Of a stretch of DNA of 64,000 nucleotides, positions 47,475-57,512 are shown one piece after another. A program made the position numbers and the translations under genes. The DNA comes from a virus. Under the pieces are notes generated by a model. It saw only the letters and a program-made list of their open reading frames with translations, had not been told where the DNA came from and did not search any database. The first letter of the stretch is position 1; each line of letters begins with the position of its first letter. The stretch lies in the IMG/VR virus record IMGVR_UViG_3300025030_000086, positions 9,158-73,157 of that record, one strand, 5' to 3'.

Positions 47475-48012
47475 TGTCTTTCTCCCATCTCTTCAATACT
47501 GTTACTGCCCTAACTGAAGTTACATTTGTATGATTATAATCACCAGAAGTACCACAATCTATTAATCTTATAGTTGCATAGTATACCAACTTTTTAGGTA
47601 ATCTCCAAGCTAACCAGTTATAAAAATCTTCTTTTAAGTATTCTATTTTATAAATCATAATATCTCCTATATTATTTTGTAAAAAAGATCTAACTTATCA
47701 AACAAAGATTCATCAAATATTTCGTGATGACTTACTAAACTATTCAATTTTCGTATATTATTAACTTTTCCACTAATTCTAACCATAGAGTAAGACACCC
47801 TTTTGGTGGGCCTATCTAAAGAATAATCAGACCCACCATTAAGTTTATAAGCTATTAATACTTCTTTCATTAATCCTCACCCAATATAAAATGTCTCCAA
47901 CCTTCTGTTCCAAAAAAATCTTCTTCATCAAGTTTATCTAAAGCTATTATTAAATCTATTAAATAATCTTTTACAAATTCAGCAGACATTCCTTTTATAT
48001 TTCCAATTTTCA

Positions 48013-49047
48013 TTAACTATTAACCCTCTCACGTAACTTCCTCTTTAAGGCTTCCTTTGGGTCTTCTGGTTGAGCTTCCTCTTCAATAATTGCCTTTGTT
48101 ACATTTTTTCCCACCGCCTCTTTAACAAGCCTCTTCAGCTTCTTAGTTCCCATTTCTTCAATCTCAGATTCTTCAAAATCATCACTAAGGGCTGTAATTG
48201 CCAAAGCCTCAAGTTGATCTCTATCCATATCATCAATTGATGTTGTTTTTGTTTCAGTAATAGAAGATGCCTCTTCTACAGCCCTTACTACAGTTTCACT
48301 CCTTGTAGCAGTTTCATCAATTGGTGAAACATCCTTTTTGGGTGAAACTTCCCCACCAAGACCTAAAAAGGTATCCTTTACTTCTTCATAACTTGCATAT
48401 TCTATTACTTCAGTAAATGGTAGAATTCCTTCAAGCCATTCATCTTTTGCCACTGTAGGACTATCATCCAATTGAAAATTCTTGTATACTGAAAAAGTAG
48501 TATTTGGCTTCTTCTCTCTATCAAAATAAATAGCAATACCATCATCTATATTGGCAAGATTCAATATTTCATCCGTAGCCTTCTTATAACTAACACCCAA
48601 TATATCATCCATTGCTGTACGAGGACATGACCAAACTTGAGCAACTTGCTTATCCACAGAAAGACTTAAATCTACTACCCATACAAGATATCTTGTCTGT
48701 GGATATAGATCTTTAGCCATTTCCGGCTCTGTATCCCACAACTCAGCTTGTTGTTCACATATAGGACATAGGCTACTTTTCATCCGTTTAAGACATAGAT
48801 ATTGATCATTATTAACACCAACATTCTGATGAATATGGACAGTAAGACCATAAAAGTTAAGATTATCATCAGGATGTGCTGGTAAAAGTCTTACCTTATG
48901 TGCCTTATCAGTTACCTTCCAAAAAGCTCCATCTCCTGTTGCAGAAAAAATAGTTTTACTATTATTCTTATCAGGGTACTTTCCACGAGAATCATAAGCA
49001 GCTTTTAATGATTCCTTTGACGGGGACTTCCAATTCTTTTTATCCAT
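48013..49047 (-). CDS. single-stranded DNA-binding protein (gp32-like) with C-terminal helical extension
   Basis: VRLLP..H..C..CPICE Zn site, RYLVWVVD, acidic tail; next to recA. Confidence 0.7.
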   Translation of the reverse strand: MDKKNWKSPSKESLKAAYDSRGKYPDKNNSKTIFSATGDGAFWKVTDKAHKVRLLPAHPDDNLNFYGLTVHIHQNVGVNNDQYLCLKRMKSSLCPICEQQAELWDTEPEMAKDLYPQTRYLVWVVDLSLSVDKQVAQVWSCPRTAMDDILGVSYKKATDEILNLANIDDGIAIYFDREKKPNTTFSVYKNFQLDDSPTVAKDEWLEGILPFTEVIEYASYEEVKDTFLGLGGEVSPKKDVSPIDETATRSETVVRAVEEASSITETKTTSIDDMDRDQLEALAITALSDDFEESEIEEMGTKKLKRLVKEAVGKNVTKAIIEEEAQPEDPKEALKRKLRERVNS

Positions 49048-49223
49048 TGTTTGCTTCCTCCTTGTTATTTATAATATTGACAAATTATTCCTAAAATTAC
49101 AAATGGTGAAACTATTAAAAATGAGCCTACTATATGTACTACAAGGAATTTTAAATCCGCATCTTTTTCTGTATCCTCTTTTTGATAATTAAACCAATCC
49201 CAATTTTTATGCATAAAAATCTC

Positions 49224-49433
49224 TCAAAATATTATTACTAATAATAACATTGCTATAGCTATTAAAATAGCTAAAATTGGTAATATCCATAGTGGACTCA
49301 ATAACCAAAACCATGACACATTTAATATATCAAAGAAATTTAAAGAAAGCAAGAATAAATATATCATCCATATTAATAAAGCAACTGCATTTATTAATGC
49401 TTTATCATATTTCAATTGTTTAATTATTCTCAT
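49224..49433 (-). CDS. small membrane protein (WxWxxSPLW family)
   Basis: SWFWLLSPLW. Confidence 0.65.
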   Translation of the reverse strand: MRIIKQLKYDKALINAVALLIWMIYLFLLSLNFFDILNVSWFWLLSPLWILPILAILIAIAMLLLVIIF

Positions 49434-49659
49434 TGCTGTTCCCTATTATAGCAGGATTTACTTTTTCATATAGATGCATGAATTGGGCTTGTTCCCCAAC
49501 TCTTTCAGTATCTTTTCTAAATCGTCTTTGCCAATAAGATGATAAATGAATACCTTTACTAACATTTATATCATATCCCCAATCTATGCCACCGTGCCCT
49601 GGTAAATCAGAAACATAAAGTATCTTATTAAAACTTGATTTATAACCAATAGTTTTCAT
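49420..49659 (-). CDS. hypothetical protein
   Basis: DWGY..LS.YWQRRF motif. Confidence 0.55.
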   Translation of the reverse strand: MKTIGYKSSFNKILYVSDLPGHGGIDWGYDINVSKGIHLSSYWQRRFRKDTERVGEQAQFMHLYEKVNPAIIGNSNENN

Positions 49660-49661
49660 CT

Positions 49662-50129
49662 CTATTCCTTATCTTCAGCCATCTTCTTTTGCAATCTTTC
49701 CTTTATACTCTCAGTTCCTTGCCTCTTAACTATTTTTGTTTCCACACTGGCCCAATATCCTGATATGTAAAGCTCTACAAGAAGCTTCAACATATCACGT
49801 CTTTGCTGAAATGCATCTCTTATTACTTCCGCTTCTTTAGCATCGGAACAACTATTTATATATTTCTGTTGCAAGTCAGCGTATTGTAAATTTCTTGTAA
49901 TTTCATTTTGTACCATAGCTTCTGTCAATTTCTTACCCTCAGCACTTGCAGCTTCTCTTATAATACCATCTAAACGTGCTGACATTTGCTCAACTGCTAA
50001 TTTAATCTCATCCCTTTTCTTATATAATGAGGCTAAATTTTGTGTATAATTATCAAATAGAACTGGTTGCCTTAGACAGCATTCATCTAGTTCACTCTGA
50101 TCAATTTTTAAATCTTCTCTATATCCCAT
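49662..50129 (-). CDS. UvsY-like recombination mediator
   Basis: DLKID...LD....QP..F, K.TE, A..QR..ML; context with SSB and RecA. Confidence 0.6.
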   Translation of the reverse strand: MGYREDLKIDQSELDECCLRQPVLFDNYTQNLASLYKKRDEIKLAVEQMSARLDGIIREAASAEGKKLTEAMVQNEITRNLQYADLQQKYINSCSDAKEAEVIRDAFQQRRDMLKLLVELYISGYWASVETKIVKRQGTESIKERLQKKMAEDKE

Positions 50130-50145
50130 TTATTTCTCCTTTATA

Positions 50146-50205
50146 GGGGATTTTTGCGGGTGAGTTCATCCCCAAACTCTTGATGCTTATGAACAATCCA
50201 TCAAT
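50146..50205 (-). promoter_or_regulatory. structured 5' leader with H-type pseudoknot
   Basis: GAGUU-U-GGGGAU-G-AACUC-ACCCGCAAAA-AUCCCC just before the AAGGAG RBS; TTTACA-17-TATATT promoter upstream. Confidence 0.55.
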
Positions 50206-50246
50206 ATTAATATATCATAACTTTTTCAAAATGTAAAGATTAATTT

Positions 50247-51161
50247 TTATAAAACCCAAGCCTTATATATTAGAAGCAAAAGTTCTGATTTTTGACTTCC
50301 AAAAGTAAGTGGGCTAAGAAATAATTCCAATTTTTCTGCATAAATACTTGGACTATCAGCCTTTTTTAAACATGCTGCTAAGTATCCAGCAATAACTATC
50401 CTCATCTGCTCCGACTCAATATTTATATTCTCATATGTTTTTACTACATTTTTCCAATCAGTTCTTGGTCTTTTAATTATTAATCTACATAATTCAATAA
50501 TGTCTTGTTCCTGTTCCAATTCATCTGCCAATAAGGTACATATTTTATCAAAATCTTTAATATCCTTTACTTGATTCAGCATTACTAATGCTTTGCGTGG
50601 ACATCCCGATGACTTATATACTAAAAGATTCAAAACATCTTCTGATATTACTAATTTTTCTAACGTGGTAACATATACTAAAATTGACTCAATATCTTTA
50701 TTAGATAAAGCTTTTAAGGTATAGGACAAACATCTATTTTTAATAGTTGGTAATAGCTTCTGTTGGTCTGTTGTACATAATATAAAATATGAATATTTAG
50801 GAGAATCCTCCAACAATTTTAAGAGGCAATTCTGACCCTCTTTGGTTAATTGTTGAACCTCATCTAATATAAATACTTTATTATTGCCCAATAGTGGAGA
50901 TCTCCTTGCAACTTCATTTAATTCTCTTATGAAGTCTACCCCATTCGTATTTGCAATATTAATTTCAATTATGTCACTACTGGCATTTAGCATGTTTGCC
51001 ATAATTCTTGCAAATGTGGTTTTTCCTGTTCCTGAAGGGCCTGAGAATAGAAAAGCATGTGGGAAAGCCTTTTCTTTAAACAAAGATTTTAGGCTTTCTT
51101 TAATCTCCTTATGTCCAAAGACTTCTTCTAATGTTTTTGGCCTGTAATCATTATATAGCAT
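50247..51161 (-). CDS. clamp loader AAA+ subunit (DnaX-like)
   Basis: YRPKTLEEV.G, GPSGTGKTT, ILDEVQ, LLKLLE, TI.NRC. Confidence 0.88.
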   Translation of the reverse strand: MLYNDYRPKTLEEVFGHKEIKESLKSLFKEKAFPHAFLFSGPSGTGKTTFARIMANMLNASSDIIEINIANTNGVDFIRELNEVARRSPLLGNNKVFILDEVQQLTKEGQNCLLKLLEDSPKYSYFILCTTDQQKLLPTIKNRCLSYTLKALSNKDIESILVYVTTLEKLVISEDVLNLLVYKSSGCPRKALVMLNQVKDIKDFDKICTLLADELEQEQDIIELCRLIIKRPRTDWKNVVKTYENINIESEQMRIVIAGYLAACLKKADSPSIYAEKLELFLSPLTFGSQKSELLLLIYKAWVL

Positions 51162-51418
51162 TAAACCCCCCATTTGTAGCATTTAGCATATACTTCAATA
51201 AGGTCTTCATTCTCATTATTTTCATTAAATTCAATAAAGGCTCCTTGACAATGAGGATGTATTCCTTTTATATTCTCAATCCATTTCTCAATTATAAATT
51301 GTCTAACAAAGGGTTCTGGATTTTCTTTAAGAAAATTTAAAGAAACCACACTGATAAGCTCCCAACCAACTCCGTTAAGAAACATTAATAATATTAAAGA
51401 TGTTATAATATTTTTCAT
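51161..51418 (-). CDS. hypothetical exported protein
   Basis: N-terminal hydrophobic segment; own TTGACA-17-TATATT promoter near 51455. Confidence 0.5.
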   Translation of the reverse strand: MKNIITSLILLMFLNGVGWELISVVSLNFLKENPEPFVRQFIIEKWIENIKGIHPHCQGAFIEFNENNENEDLIEVYAKCYKWGV

Positions 51419-51461
51419 TATACTTAAATATATACTTATTATTTTAAATTGTCAATATGAA

Positions 51462-53897
51462 TCAAATATCAAAAATTTCCTTTATTGAAAAAATGTCAAA
51501 CCAATTATTCCCAATACTTCCTTCTACTACTAAAGGCACATCAATCATAAAATCATATTGTTTCATTTCCATTATTCCTTGAATTTCCTCAATAGCATCT
51601 TTGGCATCTTGCTCTTTTACACACATGATCAATTCATCATGGCAGTTTAAATAGATCCAATAACCTCTTCTTGATATTTTATTCATTACTTTACTTACAA
51701 TAGAAGAGGCTCCTCCCTGAACAGGTGTATTTAGAATTTCATTAGTTGTTAATGGGGCATATCTTCTACGCCCAGGGGGGATCTCAACATATCTCTTTTT
51801 TTCATAAATTTTAAGTATTCCTTGTTGCCACTCCAAAATCTCTGGAAAATCAAACCAAAGTTTCTCAAGCAACATCTCTGCTTTTGATTCTGAAATACCT
51901 AATCTTTTAGCCGTAGATTTTGGTTTAGACCCATAAAATGAGGGAAACACAAATTCGTTTTTAGCTCTGTATCTCATCATTTTAACAGATTTTTGTGTAG
52001 CATTTTTAATAACTTCTTCACCCCAAATCTCTACAGCCTTAGCCATATGAATATCATATCCTGAAATGATGGCGTCTATTAATTTTCTACAATTACTTAG
52101 AGCAGCTAAAACCCTTGCTTCTAATTGAGCATAATCAAATATAATTAATACATATCCGTCAGGAGCCACAATTATTTGTCTAATTTCGGGATGTTTCCTC
52201 TTATCCAAATTTTGTAAATTTATATCTGAACTTCCTAAGCGTCCAGTTTCTATTGGATAAAAATTTGTATGATATTTCCCATCTGGGAATATACAATCCT
52301 TATACCCCTTTAATATCTTACCTTCTATACCTGAGTATTCCCTAAATTTTAATAATAATTCACAAAATCTGCTCTGTCCTACATAAGTTGCCAAAACTTC
52401 TTTATCAACCGCTGGTTTACCAGCTTTTTTGGTCTTTTTGAAAGATTCTAAATTTTCTATTTGAAATAATATTATAGGAATATCTTTACTATTAGATTTC
52501 AAAGCTGGCATTTTGCCATATTTGCTTTTAAATGTTGTTATACTATCTAAATTAAATAATTCTTTTTCTATATTCTCTCTTTCAATCACATAATCTTTTA
52601 ATAATTTATCTCTACTCTCCTCATTTGTACAAGCACCATCGTATTGAATCTGTGCTATAGTTATTGCAGTTTCTAATTGCTCTCTATAACAATTATTTAA
52701 TTTTTCATCCTTATCTAATAATTTTTCCTGCTTTTTAAAAATTCTGTATTCCCAAATAGAATCTTTAGCATTATAATCAAGTAACTCTTCAATTGGTAAT
52801 TGTGTCAAATCCTCCATTATAGAATTTGGATAAGTTTTCCAACTAACACCATAATTCACAAATGCTAAAAAATCTAAACTGCGTGTTCCATTACGACAAT
52901 CCAATATATATTTCTGTAGCATTGAATCTTCAATATTAGTTATATCAATATTTAAAATAGCTTTGACCCATTCCATTTCAAATACAGAATTATGTATACC
53001 TTTTCTACTTCTTGGATTTGTTAATAGGTCTGAAAATCTACTCTTTATCTGTTTTTCCTGTTCATCTGTCCAATATTTTTTCTTATCTATAAATGTATGA
53101 TAACTTATAGGAAAGGCATAAACTGTTTCACCATCAAAGGTAATGGCACTTGTTAATATTTTAGATTTTTCAAAATATGGTTTTAATCCAAGAGTTTCTA
53201 TATCAAATACAAAAAAATCCTTATTATCAGCCATATCAAAAAAGCTTGTAACTGCTTGATATGTAAGCAATTTGATAATTTTAAAAGGTTTTGGTTGTGG
53301 AAGAGGGACAGTAATTAAATCTTTAACAATTGATAAATCTTCTCTTAATACTTTTAAAGAATCGGTGTAATTTGTACCTTTAGTCCATTGTATTTTGTTA
53401 TCTGAAACTCCATCTTTCAAGATTTTAGACATTGGAAATACTGGAACTACCCAGCAATTCAAATCATGTAATGGTACAATATTGCCTCTCCATCCATGAA
53501 TCCCAGGCTCAGATCTATTAAGTAAAGATTTAATAGCAGCATTGCCCATTGCTATTATTACTTTAGGTTTTGCTTTTTTAATATCGGCAAATACTTTTGG
53601 TCTACAAGCATTTATCTGAATATCCGTTGCTCCATCTTTATCCGCTTTGCAAGAAACCGCATTATTATATCTTACTTTTTCAGGATTGATTTTTAAATGT
53701 TCTAAAATTGTATTAAGGACTTCACCGGATTCCCCCTTAAAAGGTTTCCCCATTAAATCATCTCTTTCAGAAGGCCATTCACCAAGTATATATATATCAA
53801 CATTCTCAGGCCCAATGGGGGTCATTTCGGGGGATTTGCACTTTTTGGACAAGTCACAATTGGAGCAAAAAGGAGATTTTAATTCGTCAAATGCCAT
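51462..53897 (-). CDS. polA: family A DNA polymerase with N-terminal uracil-DNA glycosylase-like domain and 3'-5' exonuclease
   Basis: CxxC/GEWP/NAVSC UDG-like region; FDIET and YNAKD exonuclease; TGRLGS, DYAQLEAR, RAK..VF..FYG, HDE. Confidence 0.92.
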   Translation of the reverse strand: MAFDELKSPFCSNCDLSKKCKSPEMTPIGPENVDIYILGEWPSERDDLMGKPFKGESGEVLNTILEHLKINPEKVRYNNAVSCKADKDGATDIQINACRPKVFADIKKAKPKVIIAMGNAAIKSLLNRSEPGIHGWRGNIVPLHDLNCWVVPVFPMSKILKDGVSDNKIQWTKGTNYTDSLKVLREDLSIVKDLITVPLPQPKPFKIIKLLTYQAVTSFFDMADNKDFFVFDIETLGLKPYFEKSKILTSAITFDGETVYAFPISYHTFIDKKKYWTDEQEKQIKSRFSDLLTNPRSRKGIHNSVFEMEWVKAILNIDITNIEDSMLQKYILDCRNGTRSLDFLAFVNYGVSWKTYPNSIMEDLTQLPIEELLDYNAKDSIWEYRIFKKQEKLLDKDEKLNNCYREQLETAITIAQIQYDGACTNEESRDKLLKDYVIERENIEKELFNLDSITTFKSKYGKMPALKSNSKDIPIILFQIENLESFKKTKKAGKPAVDKEVLATYVGQSRFCELLLKFREYSGIEGKILKGYKDCIFPDGKYHTNFYPIETGRLGSSDINLQNLDKRKHPEIRQIIVAPDGYVLIIFDYAQLEARVLAALSNCRKLIDAIISGYDIHMAKAVEIWGEEVIKNATQKSVKMMRYRAKNEFVFPSFYGSKPKSTAKRLGISESKAEMLLEKLWFDFPEILEWQQGILKIYEKKRYVEIPPGRRRYAPLTTNEILNTPVQGGASSIVSKVMNKISRRGYWIYLNCHDELIMCVKEQDAKDAIEEIQGIMEMKQYDFMIDVPLVVEGSIGNNWFDIFSIKEIFDI

Positions 53898-53898
53898 A

Positions 53899-54903
53899 TT
53901 AGTCTATTAAAGTTGAAAGGATTGTTATTGTTTCTGACCGTCCCTGGATTGCTTTAATTTCATTCTCCTTATTCAATACTGAAAAAGTATCTAATGTAAG
54001 AATTTTCTTTAAATAATCAGTTGTGATTCTGAAATTTATTTCTTCTGCTTTATTAGGAATCTCTATATCAAAGGTTTCACTAATATTTGGTGTGTGCATG
54101 GTTATAGCATTATCTTTTATAGTAACATTCATTACTTCATCAAAAAGACTAATTCTATCAACTACTTGTCTGATTTCTTCTGTTGGATTAATTTCAAAAG
54201 CAGGACTGTACTTTTTCATCAAATTCTCAAAATCTGGACATTCTTGTTGCTCATAGTTTGCAACATATAGTATTGTATTATCTCCTATAGCCTTAAATCC
54301 ACAGGAGTAAACTTCCAATGTTTTGAATATACCTTTAAATTTTAATAATAGTTTTACAAAATTAGATGGTATAAATATAGAATTTTCATAATCTATACCT
54401 GTTTCATCTACAAAAACTATTTCTCTATTACTACTATATATTTTCTTATTTTTTAAGTATACGCCACAAAAAGCTGTATCATTTTTGGATGAAAATTGTA
54501 ATGCCTCATTTAATGCATTCATAAAATTCAAAGATACATTTATTCTACATAAAAAGTCTTTCGCAGAATATTTCAAAGATGGTGAATCTGGAAAATCATT
54601 TAAAGATTCTGTTGGAATAACAAATTTATTCTTTTTACCATAATTTATAGTAAGTGTATTTTCATTTGTTGTAAATGTTAAATCTGTTTCCTTATTCATA
54701 GATGATAAAAATTTTGACATCTTTTCCGTCAATACACATCCATTAAAAGGTAGTTTATTATCCAGACACATCTCTAAGTAAACTTCCATATTTGTCGCTT
54801 TTATTATATTATCTTTTACATAAGTGTACTCTGTTATTGGAGAAAACCCCTTTCCTAATATTGATGATGTTTCAAAAATCTTTTTTAATTCATTTACCTG
54901 CAT
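53899..54903 (-). CDS. putative sliding clamp (DnaN-like)
   Basis: 334 aa, ATN.E and DFP repeat pattern; adjacent to polymerase and clamp loader. Confidence 0.6.
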   Translation of the reverse strand: MQVNELKKIFETSSILGKGFSPITEYTYVKDNIIKATNMEVYLEMCLDNKLPFNGCVLTEKMSKFLSSMNKETDLTFTTNENTLTINYGKKNKFVIPTESLNDFPDSPSLKYSAKDFLCRINVSLNFMNALNEALQFSSKNDTAFCGVYLKNKKIYSSNREIVFVDETGIDYENSIFIPSNFVKLLLKFKGIFKTLEVYSCGFKAIGDNTILYVANYEQQECPDFENLMKKYSPAFEINPTEEIRQVVDRISLFDEVMNVTIKDNAITMHTPNISETFDIEIPNKAEEINFRITTDYLKKILTLDTFSVLNKENEIKAIQGRSETITILSTLID

Positions 54904-54917
54904 TTTTTATCCTCCTA

Positions 54918-55748
54918 TTAAATTGTCTCTTTTATTACCATTCCGTAATTATTAACTTTTTTATCAAAAACTAAATTTGGTTTTTTAATTAATCTATTTT
55001 TCTTAAATAGTTTGTAATTCACATGATGTTGTTCATGTCCAAATTTATAAGATACCTTTACTGAATCTGGATGTTGTTTCTGCAAAGATTCTGCCATCTT
55101 TTTTCTTCCATCTAAAATATATAATTCATCCGTATTCCCACCTTTCATTGTCATTGTAGCTTTTTTTCCTATTAAAAAAACATTAAACAATAAAGTGCAC
55201 CAACCATCTTTCAAAACTCTAATAGATAAATCCGTATCCTCATTGTAAGTTCCTCTCCATTTATAAGGAACATCATTTCTTATAAGTAGACATGAATAAA
55301 TTCTTGTATTCAAATAATATGGAGGCAGTCTACTCATAGATTTACAAAGGAATCTATAATTGAATCCTGATAAAGCTATGTTCTCATATCTATTTACAAA
55401 ATCCTCAGCAATTTTGAATATTATGCCAGTATTCACGGGAATTCTTTTATTTCTATTAAGTCTATAAAATGCTTCAATATTATCGTCAAGTATCCAATGC
55501 CATTTATGACCCTCTTTGATACTATGCTCCCATACCCAGTTTCTTGCCGGAATAGAACCTTGCCCTAAATTGCTGAAGGGCATTACTAATATTTTGCTTT
55601 TGTCTATATATAAAGAATATTTTTCATACTCTTGTGGTTCAATCACAATTCTATAAGGCATTTTCATATCATCCAATGCTCTACTTGTTAATCTACTTTC
55701 CCATCTACCTTTTGAAATTATATAAATTGGATAATTATTCTGATTCAA
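54918..55748 (-). CDS. TET/JBP-associated (TAGT/GREB1-like) glycosyltransferase
   Basis: YPIYIISKGR, EPQE, ARN, HWILDDNI, RIYSC.L, YNEDTDL, KGGNT. Confidence 0.8.
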   Translation of the reverse strand: MNQNNYPIYIISKGRWESRLTSRALDDMKMPYRIVIEPQEYEKYSLYIDKSKILVMPFSNLGQGSIPARNWVWEHSIKEGHKWHWILDDNIEAFYRLNRNKRIPVNTGIIFKIAEDFVNRYENIALSGFNYRFLCKSMSRLPPYYLNTRIYSCLLIRNDVPYKWRGTYNEDTDLSIRVLKDGWCTLLFNVFLIGKKATMTMKGGNTDELYILDGRKKMAESLQKQHPDSVKVSYKFGHEQHHVNYKLFKKNRLIKKPNLVFDKKVNNYGMVIKETI

Positions 55749-55977
55749 GACAATACCTTTTATTTATAAATGAATCTTTAATTAATTGTGGGTATCTTAT
55801 ACTCTTAGTCTTTTTAGTTAATTTCTGTCCTATTAGTTTAGAGAATTCTTCTAAATCTTCCTTTGTTTTAAATCTAATTTTTATTAAACTATAAAATTCC
55901 TCAGCTTCTTGAACAAATTCTGGCATATCTACCCATTCTTTTCCCCAATCGGAGTCAAAAAAAGTTTTCTGTGACAT
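55735..55977 (-). CDS. small protein coupled to the glycosyltransferase
   Basis: EW.DMPEFVQ..F...ED..F..LIGQK.T..TKSI.YP; overlaps the GT start. Confidence 0.65.
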   Translation of the reverse strand: MSQKTFFDSDWGKEWVDMPEFVQEAEEFYSLIKIRFKTKEDLEEFSKLIGQKLTKKTKSIRYPQLIKDSFINKRYCLESE

Positions 55978-55992
55978 TTAAATTGCTCCTCT

Positions 55993-56931
55993 TTAAAATT
56001 TTAATAATTTGTTTATTTCCCATTTTGCCATATCTCCAGGATCTTTGCCATGAGGTAATTTTATAACTCTTGTTTTACAAAAAGGACTTAAATAATCTGC
56101 TAAATCCTGTGCCTTCTTACTTGTTGTTATCAAATGTGGGTCATTGTCAAAAAGAATTATTAACTCCTCAGCTTTTAGTCCAATTAATATATTTCTCTGC
56201 TCTTGCGTTATTTCCGTGCCACAAAGTGCTACTGTACGGTCAAGTCCTGTTTTAATAGCATCAAAGCAACCCTCAACTATAATTATCTGTTGTCTACCAA
56301 TTACATTATTATAATTATATATCATTTTTTTAATATTGACAAGACTTTCTTCATTTGGACAATTAAGGTATCTAACTTTTGCAGTTTTATCCCAACTTCT
56401 CCCAATAAAATTAACCATCTTACCGTTTAAGAAAAAAGGAATAATTATTGAGTTCTTGTATTTCCCATACACGCAATAACGTAAATCTGCTTGCCCAATA
56501 TCATCCCATGTCAAATCATATTTCTCTTTTAAAAAATTAAAAGCAACTTCCTGCCACATATTTGTTGTATTATAATCAAATCTATAAGTATGTAGTGGTA
56601 ATTTAAAATCTTTATTCTGTATAATTATAGGCTCTTCTACTATCTTATTCCTTTCCTCCAAAACCTTTTTTAACTCTGATGTTGGGCTAATTATCTCCTT
56701 AGCTTCAATGAAAGAAATACCTAATAATTTAGATATTAATTTTGGGAGATTCCCCTTAACTCCACAAACCCAACAACCAAAAACACCCTTTGTTAAAGAA
56801 ATTGATAAATGGAATCTATTTTCCCCACAAAAAAAACAGCAAACTCCTATTTCGTCTCTACCAATGTTGCTGCCACTTTTTCTATATTCTATTTTTTGCT
56901 TTAATAATAGATTTTCTATATTGAAAGGCAT
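55993..56931 (-). CDS. dnaG: DNA primase (Zn finger plus TOPRIM)
   Basis: C.FC..H..CWVC, IIIPF, GR, VEG.FDA, FDND, KDPG. Confidence 0.88.
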   Translation of the reverse strand: MPFNIENLLLKQKIEYRKSGSNIGRDEIGVCCFFCGENRFHLSISLTKGVFGCWVCGVKGNLPKLISKLLGISFIEAKEIISPTSELKKVLEERNKIVEEPIIIQNKDFKLPLHTYRFDYNTTNMWQEVAFNFLKEKYDLTWDDIGQADLRYCVYGKYKNSIIIPFFLNGKMVNFIGRSWDKTAKVRYLNCPNEESLVNIKKMIYNYNNVIGRQQIIIVEGCFDAIKTGLDRTVALCGTEITQEQRNILIGLKAEELIILFDNDPHLITTSKKAQDLADYLSPFCKTRVIKLPHGKDPGDMAKWEINKLLKF

Positions 56932-56933
56932 CT

Positions 56934-57506
56934 TTAGCCCCAAAGTTTTTTATTGATTATTTTTGTAATAGTCCCTTGTCTTAAATTATATTTTTTGCCT
57001 AATTGTTCTTGTGTACAATTACCTGTTTTATATAAATCTCTAATTTCATTAGCAATTTTTTCATCTATTTTGCATCTTCTTGTATTTCTTCCATTTTCTT
57101 TATGTGAAATCCAATTACAATTACTTGGTTCATAATTACCATCATTATTTATTCTGTTTATTTGTAGTCCTTCTTTGTATCCATTATTTACTGCCCAATC
57201 CCTGAAAGGGATGAATTCTAACCATTCATTGCATACTGCAATACCCCTACCACCATAATTTTTGTAACCTTTATCGTTTAAATTTAGACATCTTTTCTTC
57301 ATACTTGACCAAACTTTATGAAGTTTTGTATGACTTTCTCCATGTTTTATTAAAAATTTTTGTTTCATACAACCACAAGATTTATTTCTTTTCCCATCTC
57401 CAAGTCTCCTTATAACTTCTTGCTTGCAATGTTCACAGTAAAACAATCCAAAACTGACCATTCTACTATTTATAATTCTTGGCGGTAGATTTTTTATTAA
57501 TTGCAT
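56934..57506 (-). CDS. HNH-type homing endonuclease (Zn-ribbon, YGGRGI, HTH)
   Basis: Same motifs as 2064. Confidence 0.85.
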   Translation of the reverse strand: MQLIKNLPPRIINSRMVSFGLFYCEHCKQEVIRRLGDGKRNKSCGCMKQKFLIKHGESHTKLHKVWSSMKKRCLNLNDKGYKNYGGRGIAVCNEWLEFIPFRDWAVNNGYKEGLQINRINNDGNYEPSNCNWISHKENGRNTRRCKIDEKIANEIRDLYKTGNCTQEQLGKKYNLRQGTITKIINKKLWG

Positions 57507-57512
57507 AGCTAT

